Below are positions 27,238-36,760 of a stretch of DNA of 64,000 nt, one piece after another. Source of the DNA: Bacteroidales bacterium (GTDB lineage: Bacteria; Bacteroidota; Bacteroidia; Bacteroidales; UBA932); the NCBI GenBank assembly GCA_016287075.1, contig JAEEVC010000012.1, positions 23,916 to 87,915 on the forward strand, read 5' to 3'. Every line of letters begins with the position of its first letter. Position 1 is the stretch's first letter. The notes below the pieces were generated by a model. It worked only from the letters and a program-made list of their open reading frames with translations, was not told where the DNA came from and ran no database searches. A program made the position numbers and the translations under genes.

Positions 27238-28128
27238 TTATCTCTTCTGGAACAGGGACATCAGGGCGCGGACGTAGTCCTGGTCCGTGGCGACGGAGAT
27301 GCTGTCGACCTGATAGCGGTTGAACAGCTTCTCCGCCTCGGCGCCCGCCTTCCGGAACCATTCGCCATAGGCACTGCGCACCTTGCGCGAACCCGTGTCG
27401 ATCCAGGCGGCCTCGCTGGACTCGGCGTCCTTGACGTGGACGAGCCCCACGTCGGGGAGCGTCCGCTCGCGGGGGTCATAGACCTGGATGACGGAGAGGT
27501 CGTGCCGGTTCACGGCCACCTTCAGCGCGTCCTCATAGCGGGGCATGCCGTCCTCACGGACATCGAGCATGTCCGACAGGATGAAGGCCGTGCATTTCTT
27601 CTTGACGGCGCCGGTCAGGAAGCGGAGCGCCTCGGAGATGTCCGTCCCCGTGGACTGGGGCTCATAGTCCAGGATCTCCCGGATGATGTGGAGGAGGTGG
27701 CTGCGGCCCTTTTTCGGGGGAATGAACTTTTCCACCCGGTCGCTGAAAAGCAGGGCGCCGACCTTGTCATTGTTCAGGATCGCGGAGAAGGCGAGGACGG
27801 CGGCGATTTCCGCAATCTGTTCCCGCTTGGTCTTCCGGGCGGTGCCGAACAGGCCGGAACGGCTGATGTCGACCAGCAGGACGACGGTCAGCTCGCGCTC
27901 TTCCTCGAAGACCTTGACATACGGCGCGCTCATGCGTGCGGTGACGTTCCAGTCCATGTTGCGGACATCGTCACCATATTGGTACTCACGGACTTCGCTG
28001 AAAGCCATACCCCGGCCCTTGAAGGCCGAATGGTACTCTCCGGCGAAGATCTGGTGCGAGAGCGCCTTGGTCTTGATTTCGATTTTCCGGACCTTTTTGA
28101 GCAGGTCGTTCGGGGTCATTTCCGACAT
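27238..28128 (-). CDS. DUF58 protein (MoxR partner, VWA-like)
   Basis: GEYHSAFKGRGMAFSEVREYQYGDDVRNMDWNVTAR is the DUF58 signature. Confidence 0.9.
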   Translation of the reverse strand: MSEMTPNDLLKKVRKIEIKTKALSHQIFAGEYHSAFKGRGMAFSEVREYQYGDDVRNMDWNVTARMSAPYVKVFEEERELTVVLLVDISRSGLFGTARKTKREQIAEIAAVLAFSAILNNDKVGALLFSDRVEKFIPPKKGRSHLLHIIREILDYEPQSTGTDISEALRFLTGAVKKKCTAFILSDMLDVREDGMPRYEDALKVAVNRHDLSVIQVYDPRERTLPDVGLVHVKDAESSEAAWIDTGSRKVRSAYGEWFRKAGAEAEKLFNRYQVDSISVATDQDYVRALMSLFQKR

Positions 28129-28140
28129 GGCTGCCTCCGC

Positions 28141-29133
28141 TTACGGGACGATGACGGCGTTGATGACTTTTCCGATGATTTCCTCGGTGGTGACGTTCTC
28201 CGCCTCGGCCTCATAGGTCAGGCCGATACGGTGGCGGAGCACCTCCGGGCAGACGGCACGGACATCCTCCGGGATGACGTAGCCGCGGCGGCGGATGAAG
28301 GCATAGGCCTTCGCAGCCATGGCCAGGGAAATGCTCGCACGCGGGGAGGCGCCGTAGGAGATGAGATCCTTCAGGCCGGCCAGGTTGTAGTCCTGGGGCG
28401 TGCGGGTGGCATAGACGATGTCCACGATGTACCGCTCGATCTTCTCATCCATATATACATCGCGCACGACCTCGCGGGCGCGCACGATGTCCTCCGGCTT
28501 CACCACCGGGCTCGCCTTGGGAAACTCGCCCTGGTTGTTCATCCGGATGATCAGCCGCTCCTCGTCCTTCTTCGGATAGTTGACGACCACCTTCAGCATG
28601 AAACGGTCCACCTGGGCCTCCGGGAGGGGGTAGGTGCCTTCCTGCTCGATCGGGTTCTGGGTCGCCATCACGAGGAAGGGCTCCGGCAGGGGGTAGGTCC
28701 TGTCGCCAATGGTCACCTGGCGCTCCTGCATCGCTTCGAGCAGGGCGGACTGGACCTTGGCCGGGGAACGGTTGATCTCATCCGCGAGGACGAAGTTCGC
28801 GAAGACGGGGCCCTTGTGGACCTCGAAATCCTCCTTCTTCTGGGAGTAGATCAGGGTGCCGACCACATCGGCCGGGAGGAGGTCCGGGGTGAACTGGATG
28901 CGGCTGAACTTCGCATCGACCGCCTGGGAGAGCGTGTTGATCGCGAGGGTCTTGGCCAGGCCCGGGACACCCTCGAGGAGGATGTGGCCATTGGCCAGCA
29001 GGCCGATCAGGAGGTTGTCCACCAGCTGTTTCTGCCCCACGATGACCTTGCCCATCTCGATGGTCAGCAGGTCCACGAACGAACTCTCGCGCTGGATGCG
29101 CTCATTGAGTTCCTTGATGTTTACACTTTCCAT
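28141..29133 (-). CDS. moxR: MoxR-family AAA+ ATPase
   Basis: Walker A LLEGVPGLAKT, Walker B FVLADEINRSPAKVQSALLEAMQE and ATQNPIEQEGTYPLPEAQVDRF. Confidence 0.95.
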   Translation of the reverse strand: MESVNIKELNERIQRESSFVDLLTIEMGKVIVGQKQLVDNLLIGLLANGHILLEGVPGLAKTLAINTLSQAVDAKFSRIQFTPDLLPADVVGTLIYSQKKEDFEVHKGPVFANFVLADEINRSPAKVQSALLEAMQERQVTIGDRTYPLPEPFLVMATQNPIEQEGTYPLPEAQVDRFMLKVVVNYPKKDEERLIIRMNNQGEFPKASPVVKPEDIVRAREVVRDVYMDEKIERYIVDIVYATRTPQDYNLAGLKDLISYGASPRASISLAMAAKAYAFIRRRGYVIPEDVRAVCPEVLRHRIGLTYEAEAENVTTEEIIGKVINAVIVP

Positions 29134-29142
29134 ATAATTCCT

Positions 29143-29150
29143 TAATTTTG
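29143..29150 (+). promoter_or_regulatory. -7 promoter box TAATTTTG upstream of truA
   Basis: Exact TAnnTTTG match 19 nt before the ATG at 29169. The track start at 29148 lies inside this box. Confidence 0.4.
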
Positions 29151-29168
29151 CATCCTAAACCATTCGTC

Positions 29169-29984
29169 ATGCGTTACGCCCTCACCCTGTCCTACAACGG
29201 CGCCTCCTTTTCCGGCTGGCAGATCCAAAACGGCACCCCGACGGTCCAGGAGACCCTTGAGCATGCGCTCTCGACGCTCCTGCGGACGGCCGTGACGGTA
29301 ACGGGAGCCGGGCGGACCGATGCGGGCGTACATGCGGCGGATTACCTCGCGCACTTCGACGCACCGGACGGTTCCATCCCGGATCCGGCGCTGTTTGCCT
29401 GCAAATTAAATGCCATTTTACCCCGTTCCGTCGTCGTCCATTCGCTGGTCCCGGCCGCCCCGGATTTCCATGCCCGCTTCGACGCCCGGCGCCGCGAATA
29501 CACCTATTTCCTGCACCGCCGGAAAGACCCGTTCATGGACGCCTTTTCCTGGCAGTGCAGCTATCCCGTCCTCGATTTCGCAGCCATGAACGCTGCCTGC
29601 GCCCACCTGCTCGGCACCCATGATTTTTCCTGCTTCGAGAAGACCGGCGGCAACAACAAGACCTCCATCTGCACCGTCTCCGAGGCCTTCTGGGCGCCCT
29701 ACACCCCCACCCACCTTGCCATTATGGCATACGGCAGCGCCACCCCGGACGGGACGGAAGGGCGCGCCGCGGAAGGGCAGGAGCCGGCATACTGGTACTT
29801 CCGGATCGCCGCCGACCGCTTCCTCCGGAACATGGTCCGGGCCGTCACCGGCACCCTCATCGAGGTCGGGCGTGGGAAGCATGACCCCTCCTGGGTTGCG
29901 GAACTCATCGCCTCGGGCACCCGCTCCGACGCCGGCGAGTCCGTCCCCGGCCATGCCCTGTTCCTCAGCAAAATCCGTTATTGA
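29169..29984 (+). CDS. truA: tRNA pseudouridine(38-40) synthase TruA
   Basis: MRYALTLSYNGASFSGWQIQ...VTGAGRTDAGVHA (catalytic Asp) and FLRNMVRAVTGTL. Confidence 0.9.
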   Translation: MRYALTLSYNGASFSGWQIQNGTPTVQETLEHALSTLLRTAVTVTGAGRTDAGVHAADYLAHFDAPDGSIPDPALFACKLNAILPRSVVVHSLVPAAPDFHARFDARRREYTYFLHRRKDPFMDAFSWQCSYPVLDFAAMNAACAHLLGTHDFSCFEKTGGNNKTSICTVSEAFWAPYTPTHLAIMAYGSATPDGTEGRAAEGQEPAYWYFRIAADRFLRNMVRAVTGTLIEVGRGKHDPSWVAELIASGTRSDAGESVPGHALFLSKIRY

Positions 29985-29998
29985 AACCCAGTATTTTG

Positions 29999-30006
29999 TA
30001 TATTTG
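29999..30006 (+). promoter_or_regulatory. -7 promoter box TATATTTG upstream of the first FISUMP-like lipoprotein
   Basis: Exact TAnnTTTG match 28 nt before the ATG at 30034. Confidence 0.45.
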
Positions 30007-30033
30007 TCCCTGTATATGCACAACAGGATACAC

Positions 30034-33009
30034 ATGAAAGAGAAGTGTTTGGCCCTGATGCTGGCGGCGGTCCTCTTCGGATGCGGCCCCGGCAACGGGC
30101 AGGAGCCCGATGAAAAGCCGGATTCGCCCGCCATCGTGCTGGGTGAAACGACGCTGGAAGTCAAGGCGGAAGCCGGCCAGGCCGTCATTCCGCTGCGGAC
30201 CAACGTCCCCGTCACCGTGGAAATCCCCAAGGGCGTGAACTGGATTCACTACCTCCAGACGAGGGCCCTGGAAAACCGGGAAGTCATCCTCTCCATCGAC
30301 GACAATGATACCGGCGCCGGACGGGAGGCCACCGTCTATCTCGTCAACGCGGAGAACGGCATCCGCCAGGGCGTTTCCGTCAAGCAGGGCTTCAAGCCCG
30401 TTGCGGAAAGCGAGGAATTCTACACGGTCGGACCGGAAGGAGGGAACATCGAGATCAAGCTTTCCACCAACCTGGAGAACTACCGCATCCTCGTCCCGTC
30501 GGACGCATCCTCCTGGCTCTCCTATATTTCCACACGGGCCATCCGCACGGACATCCTGACCTTCTCCGTCCAGCCGACGGAGCTTTACACGCCCCGCCAG
30601 GCCGCCGTTTCCATCGTGGACGCGGAAGGAACGACCCGCCTGCAGTTCACCATCAAGCAGAACGCGAAGTCCATCCCCAACAACGAGATCTGGTACACGA
30701 CCAAGTACGGTTACACGATCGAGCCCAAGACTACCGGTTTCAACTGCAAGCTGCGGGACAATGTCTATGCCGACGGACACGGCCGCCTCATCTTCGACGA
30801 CGACATCCTCACGGTCGGCAGCGACGCCTTCAAGGGCCAGACATCGCTCATCGGCGTCACGCTTCCGAACTCCGTCAAGACCATCCAGAGCGGCGTGTTC
30901 TACGGCTGTACCTCCATGACGGACATCTACCTCCCGTCCAGCCTGACCACGGTCCAGAGCGGCGCCTTTGCAAGTTGCACGGGCACCCTCCATTTCAACG
31001 GGGAGACACTGCCGGACAAGTGCTGTCAAAATGCGGCATCCATCACCGCGGTGGTCCTCGGAGAGAAAGTCGAGAAACTGGGCGCCTTTGCCTTCGACGG
31101 CTGCAAGGCCCTCGCGTCGGTCAATTTCCCGGAGTCCCTGAAAGAGATCGGCCAGGACTGCTTCCGGCACTGCACTTCCCTGACGGAGTTCGACCCCAAG
31201 AATCATTCGGTCATCATCGGACAGTATGCCTTCAGCGGCAGCGGCATCAAGGAGTTCACCTGGTATGCCCCCGGCATGAAGGTGGGCTCCTATGCCTTCC
31301 TGAACAGCAAGCTGGAGAAAGTCACGTTCGTCGAACTGGACGGCAATTACACCTATTCGATCCTCGCCGGCGTGTTCGAAGGTACGCTGCTGAAGCAGGT
31401 CACCCTCGGCAGCCACCTCTCCTCCATCGGCGACCGGGTTTTCTACAACTGCAAGATCACCCAGCTGACCGACCCCCGGGAGACCCCGCCGACCGTTGGA
31501 AAGGAAGTGTTCAATTATCTCTCCACGAAGCTGACCGTTCCGGAGGGCTGTGAACTTGCCTATGCCCTCTCATCGCACTGGTATCCCTATTTCGTGGCCC
31601 GGTACATCATCGGGATCAACGCTTTCTACGACTTCCTGAAAACCGGATACGACAAGAATTATGAGCCGTATGTCCGCCTCCTCGCACGTCCTGACCTGAA
31701 GGAGACCTTCCCCTTCACCCTCTCCGCCCTCGGTGTCGTCGCGGATCCGGACCCGGCGAATCTTACCGTCGACCAGGCCGCCTATGTGAAAGAGGTTCCG
31801 TTCACGGACGACCTGAAAGAAAACGATTCCATCGGAGGCAGCCCCATTCCGGACTCCTATCATTACTGCTACCGGCCGACCTTCGCGGGCCTGGCCAAGA
31901 AGACGCTGCACTTCAAGGCTTTCGCCCGTTTCACCGGGCGGGATGAGGTCTGGTACTCCCAGGCGGCCTCTGTCAGCCGGAGTTTCCCGGCCCTTTCCGT
32001 CCGGGAAGGCGCCGCCAACTGCTATCCGGTCAAGCCCGGGGATGTTGTCACCCTCGACCTCTGTTACGGTCCTTCCGCCGTTGCGGTCGACGCCGTCGAT
32101 GCAAAGGTCCTCTGGGAGTCCGGCGGGACGGAATCCGCCGTTTCTGCGGGTTCGGTCGTCGCGAAAGCCGTCTTCACCGACTGGGTTGGCAAGCGGGATC
32201 TCAACACCATCTCCGTGCAGGCCGGCAGCCGGGAAGGCAACGCGGTCGTCGCTGCGCTGGACAAGTATGGCGACATCCTCTGGTCCTGGCACATCTGGGT
32301 GACATCCACGGCCCTGGGCGACATGAAGCAGGGGTACCGCAATGTCCCGAGCTTTATCATGGACCGCAACCTGGGCGCCCTCTCCGCCACGCCGGGAGAT
32401 GCCAGGGCGCTCGGCGTATTTTACCAATGGGGACGGAAGGATCCGTATCCGGCGCTCCACCAAGCGTATGCCGGCTCCATCGGGGACGCCGTCGTTACGG
32501 TCAACAAAGGGACCGTCAGTTACGCCGTCCATCACCCTGCGACGCTGCTGGTCAAGAACCCCGATTCCGACGACTGGGTGTTCAAGCCCGGCATCGAGCC
32601 GGAGCGCTGGTCCTCCAAGAAAGGGCTCTACGACCCCTGCCCGGCCGGATGGCGCGTGCCGGAAGGCGGCCCCGACGGCGTCTGGGCCCTGGGCTCCCGG
32701 GGCCGCACCGGGAAGTACAGCTGGAACGCGTCGCTCCGCGGAAGCGACCTGCAGGCGGTTTTCCTGACGGAAGGAAGCTGCTGGTATCCGACCACGGACA
32801 TCTTCGGGGTGGAGTTCTCCCTCTGGGGATGCAACACCACGACCGTTTCCGGCAAACTGGCCCCCTATTGTTTCCACGGGGACTTGGACAATTGCGCGCC
32901 GGCGTACTCCCTCAACCAGCCGTACCGGCAGTTCCCGGTCCGCTGCATCTCGGAAGGAGGACGGAACGGCAGCCACGAGGGCTCCGAGGAAGTAGACTGG
33001 GGACTTTAA
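30034..33009 (+). CDS. Surface lipoprotein P1: 2x BACON-like + BspA-type LRR + FISUMP-like C-terminal module (991 aa)
   Basis: Lipobox AVLFGC, and two BACON-like units ending in SVKQ / FTIKQ. LRR_5-like repeats follow (AFKGQTSLIGVTLPNSVKTIQSGVFYGCTSM). The C-terminus carries LWSWHIWVT, MDRNLGALS, YQWGRKDPY, YDPCPAGWRVP and FPVRCI. The track ORF start at 29620 overlaps truA and is artefactual. Confidence 0.8.
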   Translation: MKEKCLALMLAAVLFGCGPGNGQEPDEKPDSPAIVLGETTLEVKAEAGQAVIPLRTNVPVTVEIPKGVNWIHYLQTRALENREVILSIDDNDTGAGREATVYLVNAENGIRQGVSVKQGFKPVAESEEFYTVGPEGGNIEIKLSTNLENYRILVPSDASSWLSYISTRAIRTDILTFSVQPTELYTPRQAAVSIVDAEGTTRLQFTIKQNAKSIPNNEIWYTTKYGYTIEPKTTGFNCKLRDNVYADGHGRLIFDDDILTVGSDAFKGQTSLIGVTLPNSVKTIQSGVFYGCTSMTDIYLPSSLTTVQSGAFASCTGTLHFNGETLPDKCCQNAASITAVVLGEKVEKLGAFAFDGCKALASVNFPESLKEIGQDCFRHCTSLTEFDPKNHSVIIGQYAFSGSGIKEFTWYAPGMKVGSYAFLNSKLEKVTFVELDGNYTYSILAGVFEGTLLKQVTLGSHLSSIGDRVFYNCKITQLTDPRETPPTVGKEVFNYLSTKLTVPEGCELAYALSSHWYPYFVARYIIGINAFYDFLKTGYDKNYEPYVRLLARPDLKETFPFTLSALGVVADPDPANLTVDQAAYVKEVPFTDDLKENDSIGGSPIPDSYHYCYRPTFAGLAKKTLHFKAFARFTGRDEVWYSQAASVSRSFPALSVREGAANCYPVKPGDVVTLDLCYGPSAVAVDAVDAKVLWESGGTESAVSAGSVVAKAVFTDWVGKRDLNTISVQAGSREGNAVVAALDKYGDILWSWHIWVTSTALGDMKQGYRNVPSFIMDRNLGALSATPGDARALGVFYQWGRKDPYPALHQAYAGSIGDAVVTVNKGTVSYAVHHPATLLVKNPDSDDWVFKPGIEPERWSSKKGLYDPCPAGWRVPEGGPDGVWALGSRGRTGKYSWNASLRGSDLQAVFLTEGSCWYPTTDIFGVEFSLWGCNTTTVSGKLAPYCFHGDLDNCAPAYSLNQPYRQFPVRCISEGGRNGSHEGSEEVDWGL

Positions 33010-33012
33010 AGG

Positions 33013-35001
33013 ATGGAAATCATGAGAAAGACGATCTTGCTTGCCCTGCCGCTGCTCCTCGCGGCCGCCTGTTCCCGGGAAACGGACCCGGCGGGCCCGG
33101 CGACGCCGGAAGAACACACCATGGTTTTCCACGCCGTGGCGGAAACGCCGGAGACCCGGACCGTCCGGACGGGCAGCGGCGCCATCTACTGGGCGCCCGG
33201 GGACGTCATCCGCATTTTCCACGGCACCAAATCGGCGCTCTTTACGGCACAGACCGCCGAGAACGCCCCGAACACGGATTTCGTGGGCTCCCTCCCCGAT
33301 GACGACAAGGAAGACGGCCCGTTCTACGCCCTGTATGCCTCCAACGCCCGGGATGCCGAACTGAAGATCAACCGTGTGAGCTTCCAGGGGACGCCGGGTA
33401 CGCAGGAGTACGTTACGGTGGAGGTCCCGACCGAGCAGGCGGTGCCCGCCGGCACCTTTGCCCCGGGCGCCTTCCCTTCCGTGGCCGTCGCCAACGGCAG
33501 CAACCTGTATTTCGAGAACCTGTGCGGCGGCGCCGTCCTCTCCGTCCGGAGACCCGGCATCCGCAAGATCGAGATCTACGGCAACAACAACGAACGGATC
33601 TGCAGGGAGATCACCCACTATTATCATGCGGATCCCTCCGATTTCCCGTCCGTCCGCCCCACCGGCCCGACACCGAGCCATGTCGTCACGGTCACGCCGG
33701 CGGAAGGCAACGCTTTCGTTCCGGGTTCGGATTACTATGTGTCGCTCATCCCGGCCGAACTGACATGCGGCCTGACCATCCGGTATTACACGGACCACCA
33801 GAACGGGGTTTTCACCACGGAGCGGCCCATCACCATTGCCCGCTCCAAGTTCGGCCGGCTGCGGGACCTGGACGCGTCGGCGAACTGGACGGAAGAAGCC
33901 GCCAACTGCCTGGTAATCAAGCCCGGGCAGACAAAGACCTTCCAGACGCGCTTCAGCGTGGCGTCCGCCGGCTCCTACCTGGCGCCCGCCCTGCAGGGGC
34001 CGGGTACCCGGGCTGCCGCTGGCGAGGTCCACTACATGGAGACCAAGGTCCTCTGGGAAACCCTGGGCACCTCCGTCACGCCCAGGAGCGGGGACGTCGT
34101 CGCTTCCGTGTCCGGCGGCGCCGACCTGACCATCAAGGCCGGGGCGAAGGAAGGGAATGCGGTCGTAGCCCTCTACGACAACGGCGAGATCGTCTGGTCC
34201 TGGCATGTCTGGGTGACCAACGCCGACCTGGAATCGCTGGCCCAGACCGGCCGCAACGGGATCGCCACCGCCATGGACCGCAATCTCGGCGCCCTTTCGG
34301 CGACGCCGGGAGATGTCCGTGCCCTGGGCCTCCTGTACCAGTGGGGCCGGAAAGACCCGTTCACGGGCGCATCCGCCATCGGCGGAACGAACTTCGCCGC
34401 GACCAACCGTTCCTGGCCGATGTCGGTTTACTCCGGTTCAGAGACCGGGACCGTCGCATACACCATCGCCAACCCGATGCAGTTCCTCATCGGCAACCTC
34501 CAGAACCATGACTGGCTCTATTCCGGCAGCAAGCTGACCGACGACACCCGCTGGAACAAGGACAAGGGAATCTATGATCCCTGTCCCGCGGGCTGGAAAG
34601 TCCCGGAACGGGATTTCTGGAGCGCTGCCATGGGTTACGGGCTCGTGTCTTCGGGCACGCCCTGGACCGGTATCGACGCCACGAAGAAAGGTGTGGACCT
34701 GCAGCCGTGGATGAAGACGGGTACGGTCTGCTGGTACCCCGCAGCGGGTTCGATCACCATAGACGGCATCGACAAGATCCTCAGCGGGACGGGCACGAAC
34801 GGCTGTTATTGGAACTGTGAACCGGACCCGGGCTCCTCGGCAACGATTGATTACTCTGCCAGTTACATGTATTTCAACCGCACGACCCTGACCCTGGGCA
34901 CCCACTACCGGGCCGACGCGAATTCCGTCCGCTGCGTCAAGGACAAGGTCTGGAAATACGGGGACACCGAGGACATCACGCAGGAAGTGTGGGATTTTTA
35001 A
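33013..35001 (+). CDS. Surface lipoprotein P2: fimbrillin-like N-domain + FISUMP-like C-terminal module
   Basis: Lipobox LLAAAC, with an alternative ATG at 33022. The N-domain follows an IYWAPGDVIRIF...FVGSL pattern. The C-terminus carries VWSWHVWVT, MDRNLGALS, YQWGRKDPF, YDPCPAGWKVP and NSVRCVKD. Confidence 0.8.
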   Translation: MEIMRKTILLALPLLLAAACSRETDPAGPATPEEHTMVFHAVAETPETRTVRTGSGAIYWAPGDVIRIFHGTKSALFTAQTAENAPNTDFVGSLPDDDKEDGPFYALYASNARDAELKINRVSFQGTPGTQEYVTVEVPTEQAVPAGTFAPGAFPSVAVANGSNLYFENLCGGAVLSVRRPGIRKIEIYGNNNERICREITHYYHADPSDFPSVRPTGPTPSHVVTVTPAEGNAFVPGSDYYVSLIPAELTCGLTIRYYTDHQNGVFTTERPITIARSKFGRLRDLDASANWTEEAANCLVIKPGQTKTFQTRFSVASAGSYLAPALQGPGTRAAAGEVHYMETKVLWETLGTSVTPRSGDVVASVSGGADLTIKAGAKEGNAVVALYDNGEIVWSWHVWVTNADLESLAQTGRNGIATAMDRNLGALSATPGDVRALGLLYQWGRKDPFTGASAIGGTNFAATNRSWPMSVYSGSETGTVAYTIANPMQFLIGNLQNHDWLYSGSKLTDDTRWNKDKGIYDPCPAGWKVPERDFWSAAMGYGLVSSGTPWTGIDATKKGVDLQPWMKTGTVCWYPAAGSITIDGIDKILSGTGTNGCYWNCEPDPGSSATIDYSASYMYFNRTTLTLGTHYRADANSVRCVKDKVWKYGDTEDITQEVWDF

Positions 35002-35011
35002 GCAGACAGCC

Positions 35012-36736
35012 ATGAAAAAGACAGCGATACTGTTCCTGACCATCAGCCTCCTCGCATCCTGCGGAAAAGAAATGTCCCCGGAAGAGGCCGCTCCCGGGCG
35101 GATTACCCTGGAATGCGCGCTGCCCGTGACGCGGGCCTACCTCGATGGGACCTCGTTCGTCTGGAATGCCAACGACGTGATCAGTATCTATAACGGGAAT
35201 GGCTTCGGGCGGTTCGTGAACCGGGGTGCCGCAGGCGCTTCCGTCGCGACCTTTGACGGGACCATCTGCATCACCGCTCCGGAGGAAGGGCTGTGGGCCG
35301 TGTATCCGTACAATGCCGCACAGGCCTATTCCAACGGGGTTTTCACCTTCAATGTACAGTCCCGGCAGTCGGCCAACAGGAACCTGAGCGGCCAGTATCC
35401 CTTTATCGCCCATACCGCCGCGGACAGCCGCCGGCTGGCCTTCCGGAATGTACTGGGCGGCGTGGCGTTCACCCTGAAGCGGAACGATATCTGCCGCATC
35501 GTCATCACCGCCCCCGGGGGCGAGGCCATCGCCGGCGACATCAAGGTCCGGCTGGGAACCGACGGGACGCCCGTCATCTCCTCCGTGACGAACGGCACGA
35601 ATGAGATCACGCTGGAGAATGCCCAGGGTTGTTTCGCCACTGGGACGCAGTATTATGTCCCGATGATTCCGCAGACGCTCTCCAAGGGACTCGTATTCAG
35701 GATGTTCACCCGCGAATCGTCCGAGGCGGTCCAGACGGTGTCCTCCGCAAAGGCCATCAAGCGCTCCACCTTCGGCATCCTGAAACTGATCGACGGCAAG
35801 GCGGCGTTCACCGAAACGCCCGCGAACTGCTACATCGCCGCCCCGGATTCCGAATTTTCCTTCGAGGCGCGCTACGGCGTCTCGACGGAAAAACTGACCG
35901 GGACGTTCATCATGTCCGTACGCTGGGAAAGCACCGGAACGGCGGAAGCGCCCGCCAAGGGCTCGGTCATCCGTTCCGTCATCGCATCGGGCGGAAAGGT
36001 CACCGTCAAAACCGGTTCGCAACAGGGGAATGCCGTCATTGTCGCCACGTCCGTGTCAGGGACCGTCCTCTGGTCCTGGCACATCTGGGTAACCCGGGAG
36101 ACGCCCGCAGCCCTGCCTGTCCCGGGCCATCCTGCCATGGTCATGGACCGGAATCTCGGCGCTTTGTCCGGCGAGGGAGGGAATCCGCTCGCCAACGGCC
36201 TGTTCTATCAGTATGACCGGAAAGACCCCTTCCCGGGGGCGGCCTCCCTCAGTTCGGATATCCGGGCGGAAGCGACGCCGGCCCTCCCGGCGCCGAAGGA
36301 CCCCGGGTCCCTCCATTACACCACCTCCTACGCGACCACCCATCCGGATGTTTTCATCATCTGCAGCAGCCAGGAATTCGAGACGAACACCCTGCATCCT
36401 TCGGAAACGGACTCCTGGAACAACTTCGGCAGCCAGAAGAGCCGGCAGGATCCCTGCCCTGCGGGCTGGACCCTGAAAAAGGATTTCTTTGTCTCTTATA
36501 TCCAGCAGGATACTTACTGGAAAGAATCGGGCATGGGCCGGTATGACAAGGGGGCGGATTCGCCCTGGTTCCCGGCCTGCGGTTACCTGGACGGCACGGG
36601 CCAGCTGGCCGATGTCGGCCGCATCGGCCATTACTGGCTGCAGGATGTGAAGCATTCCCTGCTGGCCGGAAGCACGGTTGAAACCAGGCAGGAACAGGAC
36701 TTCCCCGCCCAATCCGTCCGCTGCGTCGCCCTGTAA
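35012..36736 (+). CDS. Surface lipoprotein P3: fimbrillin-like N-domain + degenerate FISUMP-like C-terminal module
   Basis: Lipobox SLLASC. The N-domain contains FVWNANDVISIY...ATFDGTI...LAFRNVLGGVAFTL. The C-terminus carries LWSWHIWVT, MDRNLGALS, YQYDRKDPF, QDPCPAGWTL and QSVRCVAL. Confidence 0.8.
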   Translation: MKKTAILFLTISLLASCGKEMSPEEAAPGRITLECALPVTRAYLDGTSFVWNANDVISIYNGNGFGRFVNRGAAGASVATFDGTICITAPEEGLWAVYPYNAAQAYSNGVFTFNVQSRQSANRNLSGQYPFIAHTAADSRRLAFRNVLGGVAFTLKRNDICRIVITAPGGEAIAGDIKVRLGTDGTPVISSVTNGTNEITLENAQGCFATGTQYYVPMIPQTLSKGLVFRMFTRESSEAVQTVSSAKAIKRSTFGILKLIDGKAAFTETPANCYIAAPDSEFSFEARYGVSTEKLTGTFIMSVRWESTGTAEAPAKGSVIRSVIASGGKVTVKTGSQQGNAVIVATSVSGTVLWSWHIWVTRETPAALPVPGHPAMVMDRNLGALSGEGGNPLANGLFYQYDRKDPFPGAASLSSDIRAEATPALPAPKDPGSLHYTTSYATTHPDVFIICSSQEFETNTLHPSETDSWNNFGSQKSRQDPCPAGWTLKKDFFVSYIQQDTYWKESGMGRYDKGADSPWFPACGYLDGTGQLADVGRIGHYWLQDVKHSLLAGSTVETRQEQDFPAQSVRCVAL

Positions 36737-36760
36737 GGCCTGTGAAAATCTGATGAGCCC

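Noticed and set aside
30034-36736. Diversity-generating retroelement targeting the lectin-like C-termini of P1-P3.
   Set aside because: The window has no reverse transcriptase and no template/variable repeat pair. The paralogs differ broadly at synonymous sites rather than at adenine-specific positions.
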